Shown here: positions 48,401-61,000 of the stretch, one piece after another | Layout of the letters: each line of letters begins with the position of its first letter | Numbering within the stretch: the stretch's first letter is position 1 | Source of the DNA: Piromyces finnis finn | Lineage: Eukaryota; Fungi; Neocallimastigomycota | Direction: 5' to 3' | Length of the DNA stretch: 64,000 nucleotides | NCBI GenBank assembly: GCA_002104945.1 | Contig: MCFH01000060.1 | Span: 1 to 64,000 of the forward strand | The notes under the pieces: model-generated | The model's input: only the letters and a program-made list of their open reading frames with translations | Database searches by the model: none | What the model was told of the DNA's origin: nothing | Made by a program: the position numbers and the translations under genes

Positions 48401-51400
48401 GGCATCAAATATTTTAAACTTTATTATTAATTTAATTAAAATTATAATACATGTAATAAAAAATTAAAAATAAATAAAAATAAAAAAAATATGTTTAAAT
48501 AAACACAAATGAATAAAAATTGGGTATAATGTATTCTAGTAATTTTAATTAAAGTAAGAAAGCCACTATCATACTAAAGTATAATAATTGTATTTGACTT
48601 CCAATGGGACACCGAGCCAAAGATCAAAATTTTGTCATGGAACAAAATTATGATCTCCATTGGTTGCGCTGGCCCTCCTGGCCTGTCTTACTGTTTCTTC
48701 AGCATTGACGCTCTTGGATGTTGCTTCAAACCTTTTGAACATTGACCATTGCTGGCCAATAGCAAAAGGCATGATTTTGGTTAGAAGTTCCGCGGTTACC
48801 GTCAAGAATGGTGCTCCTTCATTAGTACCAGATTGAATCTGACGCTTACAAAGTTCTTTCCATTCCCTTGAATTGTAATTAATATTGTTAAAACTTCTTC
48901 CCCCAAGAAGGAATTTAAATATTTTACTGCACACACTAGAATAATCATACACATTAATATTCACCGGATTATTAGAACTATTACTATCATTAACTAAATT
49001 ACTATCTAAATTAGAATTATTATCTTCACTATTGCTATCATTACTAATATTATTATTTCTATTATTGTTATTATTACTATTGTTACTATTACTATTGTTA
49101 CTATTACTATTGTTATTACTACTATTGTTACTATTACTATTAATGTTATTACTATCTCTACTGACATTATCAATTTCATTATTATTGATAGGACTATTGG
49201 AATTACGTTGACTGAAAAAATTTAATAGCTGGACTATGGAATCATAATGTTTAATACGGATATCTCTAAATGTTGGACAATCTAATAACCAATGTTTAAT
49301 ACTTTGATCTCCACACTTGCAACATGGACAGTAGTTAGGACAAACTGGATCAACAAATTTGGCAGCTTTGGCAACTCTAGCATCCAACTTGTATCCGCTT
49401 CTTGCTTTCAATAGCCAGTAGAAGCCATAGGCAAACTCTGGGTATTCATAACATAATTTAATAAAATCTTTAGTTTCACTAAATTTATTATCATCATAAT
49501 ATTGCGCTTTGATTGAATTCCCTTTGAGATCTTTCCAATAAAAGTTTTTAACTGCTTTAACATCTCCATGTTTCTTTAATTTTTTATCAAGTGTCCTACT
49601 TGATTTGCACCACGTGTATTTTCTAAATTTAGGAATGTAATTGACAAGGTGTGAGATAATACAATTTGAGTTTTTCCATTTGTTAAAACATCTAACCTGA
49701 GCTAACGCACATTTGGCTGACAATGGAGGAATATTCAAATCTTTTGAGATAGAGTATAAAGATATAAACGATACAGCTTTATGAACTCCGGCAACCCATC
49801 GTATTCCTTTGTTAACATGCTTCTGAGCAATCCTAGACCTAGCTTTGTTGGATCCAAGTAATGGTGCAAAGTATGAAACTCTGCTAATCACTTGTGAGTT
49901 AAGTACTAGTTTTTTGAAAGGAATAGGAATATTAGGATTTCTTAAGAATTTACTGACTGAGAAAAGCCCTTTCAAAACCTTGTTATTAAGAGCTTTAATT
50001 ACTGGTTTAAGGGACAGATTCTTATCAAATGGAACACCAAGATAAGTATAACAATCAGTAGTTGGAATGGGTTGTCCTGCTAAGTAAAATGTTGGATCTC
50101 TCTTGTTCTGATTTTCTATTGATTCAGGACGAATCACCATCGTTGAACATTTCTGGATACCAAATTCCATTTCATTATACAATGCCCATTCATTAACTCT
50201 TCTAAGCATCTTTTTTAAGCATCCTCTTGTTGGAGCACAAATAACTATATCATCTGCAAAAAGTCCACCACAGCATCGAGTGTCACCTAAACTGACTCCT
50301 AGATCTTCGCACTCTCTAAATATATCATTAATAAAGAGATTAAAGAGAATAGGAGAAAGAGGGCAACCTTGACGGACACCTTTCTTCACATCAAAAGATT
50401 TCGAGAATTGTCCATCTAATTTGACATTAGCCTTAGATGTTAAATATAAATTTTTGATAAATTGTAGACTCTTACCTCGGATTCCTAAACAATCTAATTT
50501 ATGGAGAATATTACCGATTGGGACTGAATCGTATGCTTTCCTGAGATCTAAAAAGGCCAAATATGTCTCTTTATTATCTAATTGACGTCTACGGCATATT
50601 TCTTGGATTGAAATGAAAAGACTAATACTTTCTTCCTTTTTTCGAAAACCAAATTGTTCAGGTCTAATGAAATTATTCTTTAAACCATATTCTGAGATTC
50701 TAGTGGTGACAATTTTGGAAATCAACTTAATACCATTATTGATAAGTGATATACCTCGATAGTTATCACAATCTGTCAAATCTCCCTTCTTAGGAATAGA
50801 AACAATACTGGATTCATTCCATGAGTTGGGGAAATCTCCATCCCAAATACGGTTGAATAATTTAAGAATAAAATTTAAACCATGAGCATCATTATCTGAA
50901 GTAGTATTACCAGAAGAATTATTATCTGTAGCATTATTAGAATCATTACTTGATGGAACTAATGCTTTGTAAAATTCAATTGGAATACCATCCGGACCTG
51001 ATGCTTTATAATTTGGAGTAGAGAGGATAGCTGACTTGACTTCATCAATACTAATATCTTGGTTGATATCCCACTCATCAAGCATAGGAAGTGAAAAACG
51101 TTTATTCGTTGGTTCTTCATACCAATGCTCCAAATCAAGACTTACACCACTTGGGTCTGATGCAAGATTTTCGAAATGATCATGCCACACATCTAGTTGT
51201 TCTTCCGTAGCAACAACTAATTCTCCATTTTTATTTTTAATTGGTTGAGCAATAAAGAAAGAATCTTTTCCAATTTTTGCAGTTTTCTTGATCCATTTCC
51301 AGGCCTTCTTAGGATTATGACTCTTCATATACTCACATCCTGTTTTAATCCAATGAAGATATTCTTGCTTCCTAAATTCATTACATCTTTTGTGGATGTA

Positions 51401-53377
51401 ATCAATGAGCTTACGGTAGATTTTAATTCGTTTAATAAATTCATCTATATCATAAATTCTTTCTTTTTTAAATCTCTTATACAACTTCATTTTGATTTTT
51501 TGAAGATTAAAAATTTGTTGTGAAATATGAAATGAAGACTTTATAACATTATTTGTTGAGGTAATACTGAGCTCGTCTGCAATTGAAAAAGCAGTTGAAG
51601 TAAACTCTTTGGAAAGTTCATCTGTAGAAACATTAGGATCGTTGAATTTTGCTGAAAGTATTTGGAATTTATTATGACTGATAATAGATTCCTTTTCCTC
51701 AATACATTTTAATCTATTCCATTTCAGAATTTTCTTAGGAACATTAAAGTCATTAGAAAAATCTTCCATAGGAATAATTTTACCATTAATAAGAAGTGGC
51801 TTATGGTCTGATACAGGATAAAAATTATTTATAAATGATCCTGAGTGAATAAGATCTTTCATCTTCGAATTGATAAGAGCATGGTCAATGTCGGAAGATT
51901 GATCACCTCGAGTCCAAGAGATAGTCGACCCTCTAAGCGGAAGAATTTCCCAATCTCCTAATCCATTAGTTGATAACCAGTTGGATAATTTTACTTTAGA
52001 CATATTAAAATCACCAACAAGAATCGATGGATGGGATGAATGAGTTTGTAACCACAAGCGAACTTCTAACTTTGCATGATCAACATAGATGTTGTGATGA
52101 CTATGAGGCATATAAACATTACCAATCGAGCATTTGAATCTATTCCAGAGACTAAAAGTATAAATAGAAATAATATACTTTCCAGAGAAGTTTTCAAGTG
52201 AGGCTTGACATGAATTGTGAAAACCTAAATATAAACCTCTCATTCCCGGAACTGATTCGTCAGCTTTCTTGAAAAAGTGTCTATAGTTTCGCAAAGTAAC
52301 ACGACAAGGATAATCTGTATTCGATCCAGAACCATTACCAGTTTCTTGGAAACATAAAAATAATGGTTTGAAAATAGCTGTGAAATAGCTAATACTATCT
52401 CTCTTTTCGTGATTCCACCCATTGGTGTTCCAACTAAGACAAAAAGAAAAGTTATCAGGCTTGTTGGATGAGGAAGAATCGTTGCTATTATTATTATTAT
52501 TAAAGTCATCGTTATTAATGGATGATGCATCAGAGGAATAAGTAGAACTATTACTAGATGGCTGTGAAACTGAAGAACTATCAACTATTGAACTGTTATC
52601 AGAGTTGATAGAGCTATTAGAATTAATTGTTGAATGTTGAGATTGAAATTGTGTTTGCTGTAGATCTGGAATATTTTCATGATTGGAAACTTGTTGAAGA
52701 TCTTGTTGAAGATCTAGTTGAAGATCGGATTGTTGATGAGATTGTTGAACTGATTGTTGAAATGATTGTTGAATAGAATGTTGATGTTTATTAGAAACTA
52801 AAATTTTACGTTTGAGAGTGGAAAAAGTGTATTTGTGATTCCTTCTACTACGAGCTGAAAAGGAAATTGAGGTAACTGAAAGTTTCTTCTTTAACATGTG
52901 TAAGATTTTAATACAATCTTTCGATGAACCATGAACCTTGACTAAGAAAAAGTGATCATTGAAAGTCTGAAAATATTTAACACTAATAACTGAATTAAAT
53001 TTATCTTCTAGAATAACCTCGAGTTTTTCCCATAGCATATTTACTGACCATGATCGAATACCACGGATAAAGAAGGAGCGAATATCATCTAAGGGGATAC
53101 CATAAGACCGGGTACCACGTCTGATATAATTCTTGTCTTTAATATAAAGGACTGACATGATAATAAATTCTAATTAAAAATATTGAATATAAAATAAATA
53201 CTAATAAAAATTATAAATATAACGTATATGGAAAAAAAATCTGTCTCTCTCTCTCTTCTTAAAAGTACTGGATAGTACAAAAATTGTTACGATGCTTTGT
53301 TTAAAGTTTCTTTTTTTGAATTCTAGTTGTAAATTTTCTTTAAAAATTCTAGTTTTGGTTTGTTGTTAGTAAATTCG
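48364..53377 (-). mobile_element. Non-LTR retrotransposon (LINE), apparently full length
   Basis: Intact ORF, about 240-nt 3' UTR, 34-nt poly(A) (T run at 48364-97). The 5' boundary is approximate and no clear TSD was found. Confidence 0.88.
48635..53158 (-). CDS. LINE protein, 1507 aa: N-terminal RRM-like region, APE endonuclease, RT, C-terminal CCHC
   Basis: WNTNG, LCFQET, VGDFN, IDHAL, SDHKP (APE); YRGISL, QFGFR, FLDLRKAYD, GVRQGCPLSP, LFADD (RT); CPCCKCGDQSIKHWLLDC. Confidence 0.93.
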   Translation of the reverse strand: MSVLYIKDKNYIRRGTRSYGIPLDDIRSFFIRGIRSWSVNMLWEKLEVILEDKFNSVISVKYFQTFNDHFFLVKVHGSSKDCIKILHMLKKKLSVTSISFSARSRRNHKYTFSTLKRKILVSNKHQHSIQQSFQQSVQQSHQQSDLQLDLQQDLQQVSNHENIPDLQQTQFQSQHSTINSNSSINSDNSSIVDSSSVSQPSSNSSTYSSDASSINNDDFNNNNNSNDSSSSNKPDNFSFCLSWNTNGWNHEKRDSISYFTAIFKPLFLCFQETGNGSGSNTDYPCRVTLRNYRHFFKKADESVPGMRGLYLGFHNSCQASLENFSGKYIISIYTFSLWNRFKCSIGNVYMPHSHHNIYVDHAKLEVRLWLQTHSSHPSILVGDFNMSKVKLSNWLSTNGLGDWEILPLRGSTISWTRGDQSSDIDHALINSKMKDLIHSGSFINNFYPVSDHKPLLINGKIIPMEDFSNDFNVPKKILKWNRLKCIEEKESIISHNKFQILSAKFNDPNVSTDELSKEFTSTAFSIADELSITSTNNVIKSSFHISQQIFNLQKIKMKLYKRFKKERIYDIDEFIKRIKIYRKLIDYIHKRCNEFRKQEYLHWIKTGCEYMKSHNPKKAWKWIKKTAKIGKDSFFIAQPIKNKNGELVVATEEQLDVWHDHFENLASDPSGVSLDLEHWYEEPTNKRFSLPMLDEWDINQDISIDEVKSAILSTPNYKASGPDGIPIEFYKALVPSSNDSNNATDNNSSGNTTSDNDAHGLNFILKLFNRIWDGDFPNSWNESSIVSIPKKGDLTDCDNYRGISLINNGIKLISKIVTTRISEYGLKNNFIRPEQFGFRKKEESISLFISIQEICRRRQLDNKETYLAFLDLRKAYDSVPIGNILHKLDCLGIRGKSLQFIKNLYLTSKANVKLDGQFSKSFDVKKGVRQGCPLSPILFNLFINDIFRECEDLGVSLGDTRCCGGLFADDIVICAPTRGCLKKMLRRVNEWALYNEMEFGIQKCSTMVIRPESIENQNKRDPTFYLAGQPIPTTDCYTYLGVPFDKNLSLKPVIKALNNKVLKGLFSVSKFLRNPNIPIPFKKLVLNSQVISRVSYFAPLLGSNKARSRIAQKHVNKGIRWVAGVHKAVSFISLYSISKDLNIPPLSAKCALAQVRCFNKWKNSNCIISHLVNYIPKFRKYTWCKSSRTLDKKLKKHGDVKAVKNFYWKDLKGNSIKAQYYDDNKFSETKDFIKLCYEYPEFAYGFYWLLKARSGYKLDARVAKAAKFVDPVCPNYCPCCKCGDQSIKHWLLDCPTFRDIRIKHYDSIVQLLNFFSQRNSNSPINNNEIDNVSRDSNNINSNSNNSSNNNSNSNNSNSNNSNNNNNRNNNISNDSNSEDNNSNLDSNLVNDSNSSNNPVNINVYDYSSVCSKIFKFLLGGRSFNNINYNSREWKELCKRQIQSGTNEGAPFLTVTAELLTKIMPFAIGQQWSMFKRFEATSKSVNAEETVRQARRASATNGDHNFVP

Positions 53378-54055
53378 AATCGCTTTTTGACACTAAACTT
53401 GTTTGACTTTACTTTTCATTAAATATTTAAATTGGTAAAATATTTAAATAATTAATGTAGCCCATTTATTAATACTGAAAATAAAATAAAATAATAATAT
53501 ATATATATAAATTTATAAAACTTTTAAAGATTTTTGCTATTACTTCATGATTTTTAATGCCTATTTTTAAAACATTTTTTATCAATACATATATTATACA
53601 TTATACAAAAAAAACACACAAAAGAAAACTTTATATTTTCTTTCTTCATTACCCATTTCTTTTTTTTTTTTTTTTTTTTTTTTTTTTCAAAAAATTTTTA
53701 TTTTTATTGCATTAAATATATATAATATTATATATATAAAGTTGTTTTTTTTTTTTTTTTGTTATTAAAAAAAAATATAAATTTCTATATAGAATTGGTA
53801 TCTTAATTTAATTTTAATAAGGGATAATTTTTGTTATATTTGTTTCGTTTTGATTTTTTGTTTGTTTGTTTGTTTTTCTATTTATTATTGCTATTTTTTT
53901 AAAAAATTATTCTGTTTTATCTTTAACTAAAAAACGCTTTATTTTCTTTTATTTGTTTTGTTTTTGATTTCGTTAAATAGTTATTGTTTGATATTTTTAT
54001 AATTATCAAGTTATAAATTAAAATAAATAAGTTTTTAAAATTAAATTTTTTTTTA

Positions 54056-54090
<35 letters not shown>

Positions 54091-56267
54091 AAATTGATCA
54101 TTGAATATTACAATATTCAAAAAATAAAAAAAAAAAAAAAATATTAAAAAATAAAAAAAAAATATAAAAAAAAAAAGGTGTGTTTTGTTTTTTAGATATA
54201 AGATGAATATAATTTAAAGTAAAACTGCGTAATGAAATAAAATATATATATAATTAAGTTTTGTTTACTTTTTTATATTAACTATCTTATTCTTACCTTT
54301 TTTTTTTTAATAATACTTTTCTATAGTAAATTAAATAATAATTTAATTTAATTAATTTAATATATAAAAAAGAAAAATAAAAGTAAATAAAATTGAAAAC
54401 AGAATAATAAATTTGCTTTTTGTTTTAATTTTCTGTTTAAATTTTAAGTGTTTAAATTATTATTAAATATAGCGCTCTAAATAATAATAATTTTTACTGT
54501 AAAATTTTAATTAGATATTTCGTGTTTTTGTTGTTAGTTTGATTGTTTGTTTGTTTTTAAACAACGTTGTTTGTTTATTTTGTTTATTTTCATTTTTTGT
54601 TATTTTGATTTATATTTTATAGATTTTTATGAATATAATTTCAAAAAAATATTATATTAATAAAAAGATCCTTTAAATGAGCAACTTTTTATTAATAACA
54701 ATATCCTTTTTACTTCTTATATTGTTGATTTTGTTTTGTTTTGTTTTTTGTTTGTTTGCTTTTATATTGAATATATTGAATTATTTATAAATATTGAAAA
54801 TTTATTATCTTAATAATGAATAAACAATCTTTTATTCATTACTAAAATAATTTTTTTCTAAAATAATGAAAAAAAAATTCTTAATTTACCCTTTTGCTTT
54901 TTTACTATTTATATTATTCTACAAAAATTAAGTAATATTATTTGTATTATATATTGGTTTGTATTTTATAATATATAATATAGTGTTTCAATTTTTCAAT
55001 TTTTTTGATATTTTAATATCATTAATGTGTATTTGGCTTTGCTTTTTTTTGCTTTAATTTTTGTTTTGTTTTTACTTTTTTAAAATCTATGGAAATAGAA
55101 ATATATATTAATAGGCTATTCTTATTTCATCTTAAATTTTTTAATTATTCTTATAAACTCACCTTTTTTTAGTATTTAGCAAAAATACCATTCTATAAAA
55201 TATTCTATTTAAAATAAGAAAAAAAAGGAAATTAGTACACTCTAAAAATTACTATTAACTATAATAATATATATATCAATAATATTATAAGTTATATATT
55301 CCCATAAAATAATAACAATTTTAAAAAAAAACTAGAATCTAATCTAAATAAAATTTTACTAATAATAAATAATAAATATTTATAATTATTTTTATTAAGT
55401 AAAGAATATGCTTAAAAATTAAAAGTTTTTATATTATATATTATTTTACACTAAGATTATATTTTTTTTAATCTAATAAAATTTAAAAAAAAACTATACT
55501 ATTAATAAGCTTAATGGGAATAATATATATAATATATATTTGGTAGATTGGAAGATAGCGTTAATTGTGATATATATATACACAATAAACTTATTTATAA
55601 ATATTTTGTTCAATCTACCATTGGTATATATACTTATTAAATTAAATTAGGTAATTTTTATACTAAAAATTTTATATAAAGTTATTATTAAATATTAACC
55701 TTTTGATTTTTTTCTTTTCTTGGTTGACCTGAACTGAAAAAAAGATATCTACTTTTAATACTTTTTGGAAATGCAAAAAAATAAAAGACTTTTTATGTTT
55801 TAATTTTATAATTAAAATGGCTAGATTGTTGTTGACTATATTTTTCATTTACTATGCCTCAAATAGTAAATTCATTTTTAATCTTTGCCATTAAGTTTAA
55901 AATAATTTTAAATGTCTATTATATATTGTTGAATAATAAAAAAAGGAAATATTGTTGCTGTTGTAAATATTTAATAATTGTGTTTAATTGATTTTCGCTG
56001 AATAAATATATAGTTGAATGAAAATTAAAACTGGGAAAACGATATTGTTTTTATTTGAGGTAATTTTAAAAAAAACTCTATAGGAATTTCTTATGAAAAT
56101 GTTTTTTTTTTCCTCAAATGATCATAAAACTTCTATATTTTATCATTAAAAATATTTAAACTCTATAAGTTGTTAAAATAACCAAGTTAAAAAAAATAAT
56201 GAATCAAAAAAATAGATTAGATGCACATTGTTAAAAATGTCTTTTGCATCTACTATAAAAAATATTT

Positions 56268-58007
56268 CTAATAGTAAATGGTTTGAGTTGGATAGGCAAC
56301 ACCATTTGAAAGTTGATTGTTCATTTGGTATTGATCTATTGGCTCTTGCTTTATAACTGGTGCACCTTGATTTTGACTCATTATTTTTTGATCTTGAGAA
56401 TTGGATTGAACAAGAACTGGTGATTGTTGAATCATTTGTTGATGTTGAATTTGAGGATTATTGCCAACAATAGTAGCACCTTGTGCCATCATTGGGTTGT
56501 TAACATCATAGCTAGAAGTCATAGCTGGACCTTGATCAACAGAACAAACAGTAGTAACATTAGACATTGTTGGTTGAGATTGTTGTTGAGCTGTACTTAA
56601 AAGTTGTTGAATAAGATTTTGTTGCATATCCATTCTTCTAGTGTAGGAATTCATTAAATTATTAACATTGGCTTGTAAATCATTTAATCTTTGATTCATA
56701 TCTTGATTTTGCATTTGTAAAAGTTGAATATTATAATAGACATCATTTTCCATTGGTGGTGGTGGGGGTTGAGATGTAACAGAAGGAACTTCTGGAGGAA
56801 GGATAGTGTGACTACCAACAACTACATTAGCTGGATCAACCATAGCTTGTGGATTTTGTGGCATGACACTACCCATTGTCATTGCTTGTGGGATTGGAGT
56901 ACCAGTGACAGCTGGAGCAGCAGTTACTTCATTGTATGGGATGGTTTGAGATGGAACTTGAATTACATTATAATTAGTAGATGGAACGGTAACTTGTTGG
57001 ACCATTGGGAGAGTTGGAGTGTTGTGAAGAGAGGCAGGGTCAATTAAAACTGGTTCACCACTAGTAGAAACATTAATGTTATTAGCTGGAATACCTTCAG
57101 TAGCATGAATAAAAACTGGATGTTGAGCTTGCATTTCTGGGTTAGTAATTTGTGGATTAACCATAGCATTACTATTAGATGGGACTAATTGATTAGTAGT
57201 ACAATTTACTAAATTAGTAGAACTACGTTTGTTTGATAAATTACCGTAAGAATTTTGACGGACAAGAACTCTTGTTTGTTCTAAGAGAAGATTTGCACGA
57301 TAATTTTCATTTTCTAATTGTTTTCTCTTAATTTCTTCGATAAGATGTGGCTTTCCTCTAACAAACTTTGGGTGGAAGAATTCCCAAATTTGATTTTCAC
57401 TTCCCTTTGGAGCAGACTTATTAACCTTATGGAAACCATACATATTTAATTGACGTACAAAACTAGAAAAGTTGTTATGACGGAAATGTAATGGTAAAAC
57501 ATTACGTGAGAAACCTTGAACATTTCTGATGGTAAAAGAAAAACCAGAATCATTCCATTTAATAAATTTGGATTGCTTTGGATCAGATAACATTTGGTAG
57601 AGTTTGTGAACAAAGGTGTTGTTATTATTTGATTTTGGACGTGGAGATTGAGTAGAATTGGTGGTAGAAGAGGCAGAAGTTGGTTGAGGGGATGAGGATT
57701 GAGAAGTTGGGGATACTGGTGTACCTTGACTAACAACAGAAGTATCAATTTTTAAAGGATGACTACCAAGATAGTCACTCTTTTTCTTCGTTACTGTTTT
57801 TAAGTTAGTTCCTGAAACAGCAGCATTTGAATTAACTTGAACTGGTTGACCATTAGTGGTAACAGTAGAAACTCCTGGAAGTTTATTAACCATTCCTTCC
57901 TTCGGAGTTGAAATTTGATTAGATCCTGATTTAGCCATTCCGTTATATGGCAATTGATTAATTGGTTGTTGAGTAGGTGGTGATGGAAGTTGATATACAG
58001 AAGACAT
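56268..58007 (-). CDS. HSF-type DNA-binding-domain transcription factor, 579 aa, intronless ORF
   Basis: FVHKLYQML...IKW...F...VLPLHFRHNNFSSFVRQLNMYGFHKV...WEF.HP.F.RG..HL...IKRK; a later heptad-like segment and Q/N/P-rich regions. No receiver domain seen. Confidence 0.93.
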   Translation of the reverse strand: MSSVYQLPSPPTQQPINQLPYNGMAKSGSNQISTPKEGMVNKLPGVSTVTTNGQPVQVNSNAAVSGTNLKTVTKKKSDYLGSHPLKIDTSVVSQGTPVSPTSQSSSPQPTSASSTTNSTQSPRPKSNNNNTFVHKLYQMLSDPKQSKFIKWNDSGFSFTIRNVQGFSRNVLPLHFRHNNFSSFVRQLNMYGFHKVNKSAPKGSENQIWEFFHPKFVRGKPHLIEEIKRKQLENENYRANLLLEQTRVLVRQNSYGNLSNKRSSTNLVNCTTNQLVPSNSNAMVNPQITNPEMQAQHPVFIHATEGIPANNINVSTSGEPVLIDPASLHNTPTLPMVQQVTVPSTNYNVIQVPSQTIPYNEVTAAPAVTGTPIPQAMTMGSVMPQNPQAMVDPANVVVGSHTILPPEVPSVTSQPPPPPMENDVYYNIQLLQMQNQDMNQRLNDLQANVNNLMNSYTRRMDMQQNLIQQLLSTAQQQSQPTMSNVTTVCSVDQGPAMTSSYDVNNPMMAQGATIVGNNPQIQHQQMIQQSPVLVQSNSQDQKIMSQNQGAPVIKQEPIDQYQMNNQLSNGVAYPTQTIYY

Positions 58008-61000
58008 AATATTTTAAAAATATATTTTAATTGTTTTAATTTCTTAATTTACTTTTCCTCAAGAATTTTATATATTTTCCCCAGTAAAAATATATATTAG
58101 TTTGGTTAGATATAAAGAATATTTTAATAGTAAAAAATTTTTTAATTTCTTAATTTTTTTCTTAATGATATTAATCACACAATATATAATATTATATAAA
58201 ACGTTTAATAATAATTATGGTTTTATATTAATATTATAATATTTCTTTAAATAAAATAAAAAAAATTTAAAAATTTTATAATTAAATTAAATTATTTTAT
58301 AATAATAAATTTTGTTTTAAATATATTTTAAATAATTGTTATAAATATTTTTTGATAATAATAATTATATTTGATTTTTTTATCTAAAAAAGTAAATATT
58401 ATATATTTTGTTATATGTAAATTTTTTAGTCTATGCTAATTTCTTTACACTATATTTTATTTCAAATAAATTAATTATTTCTGTTTCTTTCTATTTTTAA
58501 TAAATAATTATTTTAATTTTTTTTAAAGTTGTGTTAAATTGTTATTATTTCTTTACACATATTATTCTAATAAATTATTTATATTAATTCTATATATATA
58601 ATATAAAAATTTTATACTTTTAAAAGTATTTTGTTATTATATATATTTATTCTAATTTTTCAATTGGGTTGTTTTTTTCAATCTATATTATTTCTGGAAT
58701 GTATTTGTTTTTTTTTAAAAAAAAATATTATCTCTCTTAATTTTATTATCAAACTAAAAAAAATAATATGGTTATTTGGTTATTTAATGTGTTGGTGTTT
58801 ATAATATTATTACTTTTTAATTAAAAAAATAAGTATTTTAATTTTTAGGTTTTTCTTTTAAAGGTTTTATTATTTTAAATTTGTTTTTATTTTTATTTTT
58901 TTTTTCTTTTTCAATTTGTTTTTTTTTTGTTGTTGTTGTTGTTATTATTGGGTTTATTTTGGTTTTTTTGTTACCTATTTTTTTTATAATAATTAAAAAA
59001 TAATAATTATTATGTTTCTATTTTTTTTATCTATTTTTAATACATATATAAAAATATAAAAAAAAATATAAAAAAAAATTGAAAAATTGAAAATTACAGA
59101 ATTAAAAAAAAAAAATTATATAGGAAAGGAAATTTTATTGCTTTTATACTTTTTAAAAAAAAATAATTAATTTCATATATTTTTTTGGTTTTATTATTAA
59201 TAATGAACTGAAGAATTGATACATAAATTTCTTTTTTTTTCTTAAAGATAGGATTCTATTGTTTTATTCAATATATTAATCTAGAACTAGAATATATGGT
59301 GGCTATTAATTAATTCTATTAACTATAATAATTCAATTGAAATTAAGGATAATATTAATATATATTTCCACCATATAAAAATATTTAAAATAGTAATTAT
59401 TATATATTATATAATAACTTAATATATTATCATTTAAATCATTTCTTTTTTCATAAAAAAATTCTATTATCCTATATAATATTATTATATAATTTATATT
59501 ATATAAATATATTAAGAGAATGTAGATAAAAATAATATTAAAAAAGGTTTGATATATTGAATAAATAAATAGTTTTAGAATTACGAGTCTAGGTTGTACA
59601 AAATTAATAATATTAACAATGTATTATAATAATAATAAATAATAGAATGATGATTAATCTATTGTCGACTAAATCTATATTGTTCAACCTACTTAACTGT
59701 CTCAATATATTGAAGTAGAGTTAAGTAATATATTTCACAGTATATTTAATAATATATTATGTGATATATTATAAATATAATAAAAAGCAGTTCAAAATAA
59801 ATAAATATAAACAAAAAAACGTTTAAACTTTATTAATATATATGGACAACCATATATGAAATATTATTGGTAATTTAATTTAATCTATGTAAACTATTTA
59901 ATATGAATCAAATTAGCATAGGATATTATTATTTTACAATAAATATAATTTAAATTAATTAAATTTTTTTTGTGTAATGAACTTTAAAAATTATATTTTT
60001 ATTTTAATAAATTAATAATCAACAGAATATAAATTAATGATCACAGTGCTATATTAGTATAAAAAATGAATTAAAAATTGAATATAAATTAATAATATAA
60101 TAATATATTTTATATTCTAATTTATATTCAACCTTGTATTGTGGTGAATAAAAAAGTTTAATTATTATAAGATTTGCTTAAAAAAATGTTTTTAAGGAAT
60201 AGTATTAAATTATGGATTATCTATTGTATATTATATATGTTATATATTAAATTAATATAAATAATATTTTAATTTTATTATTTAAAACCAATATCTTTTC
60301 AAGATTGTGTACCAATGAAACTTTTATTTTATTTCATTCTTTGTAATTATGATAATATTAATTTTTTTTATTATTTTATATTAAGTATTTTAATTTAATT
60401 AGTTTTGAAATCTAGAATTAAAAATTGTTGTTGTATCTGTTGTTGTATCTGTTGTTGCTGCTGCTGCTGCTATGGTTTCTTTTTTTTTTTTTTTTTTTTT
60501 TTTTGATCATTATTGAGAAATTAATATAATTGTCTTTTTAATATCTACCTTATAATGAAATTATGGTGATGATACTAATTTAATAATAATATATTTTTTA
60601 TTCTATTCACTTTTTTTTTCAAACAATAGCTCATAGTCATTATTACCATAATAAATTAAAAAGTAATAAAAAAAAAAGTATTTTATAATTAATATATTGA
60701 AAATTAAACTATTCTACTCTAAACTATTATTGTTACTGTTCATAATAATAGCCATAGAATAATATTATACATACATTAATAATCATCATTTAAATAATCA
60801 TTATTAGATTATTCATCTTTTTCTTTAACAAGTCATACCAATTTTTTTTTCTTTCCATAAAATACTTACTATACCTTTAAAGCATTCTTTTATAGGATTT
60901 ATAAATTAAACACTTTTTTCTATTAATGATCAATCCAAAAGCATAAAAAAAATATTTACTAAAGTTTAAAATTCATAAATTAATTAATAAACAAAAGGAT

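Noticed and set aside
56724-57748. Overlapping 107-aa and 100-aa ORFs within the HSF gene
   Set aside because: Alternative-frame shadows with no motifs.
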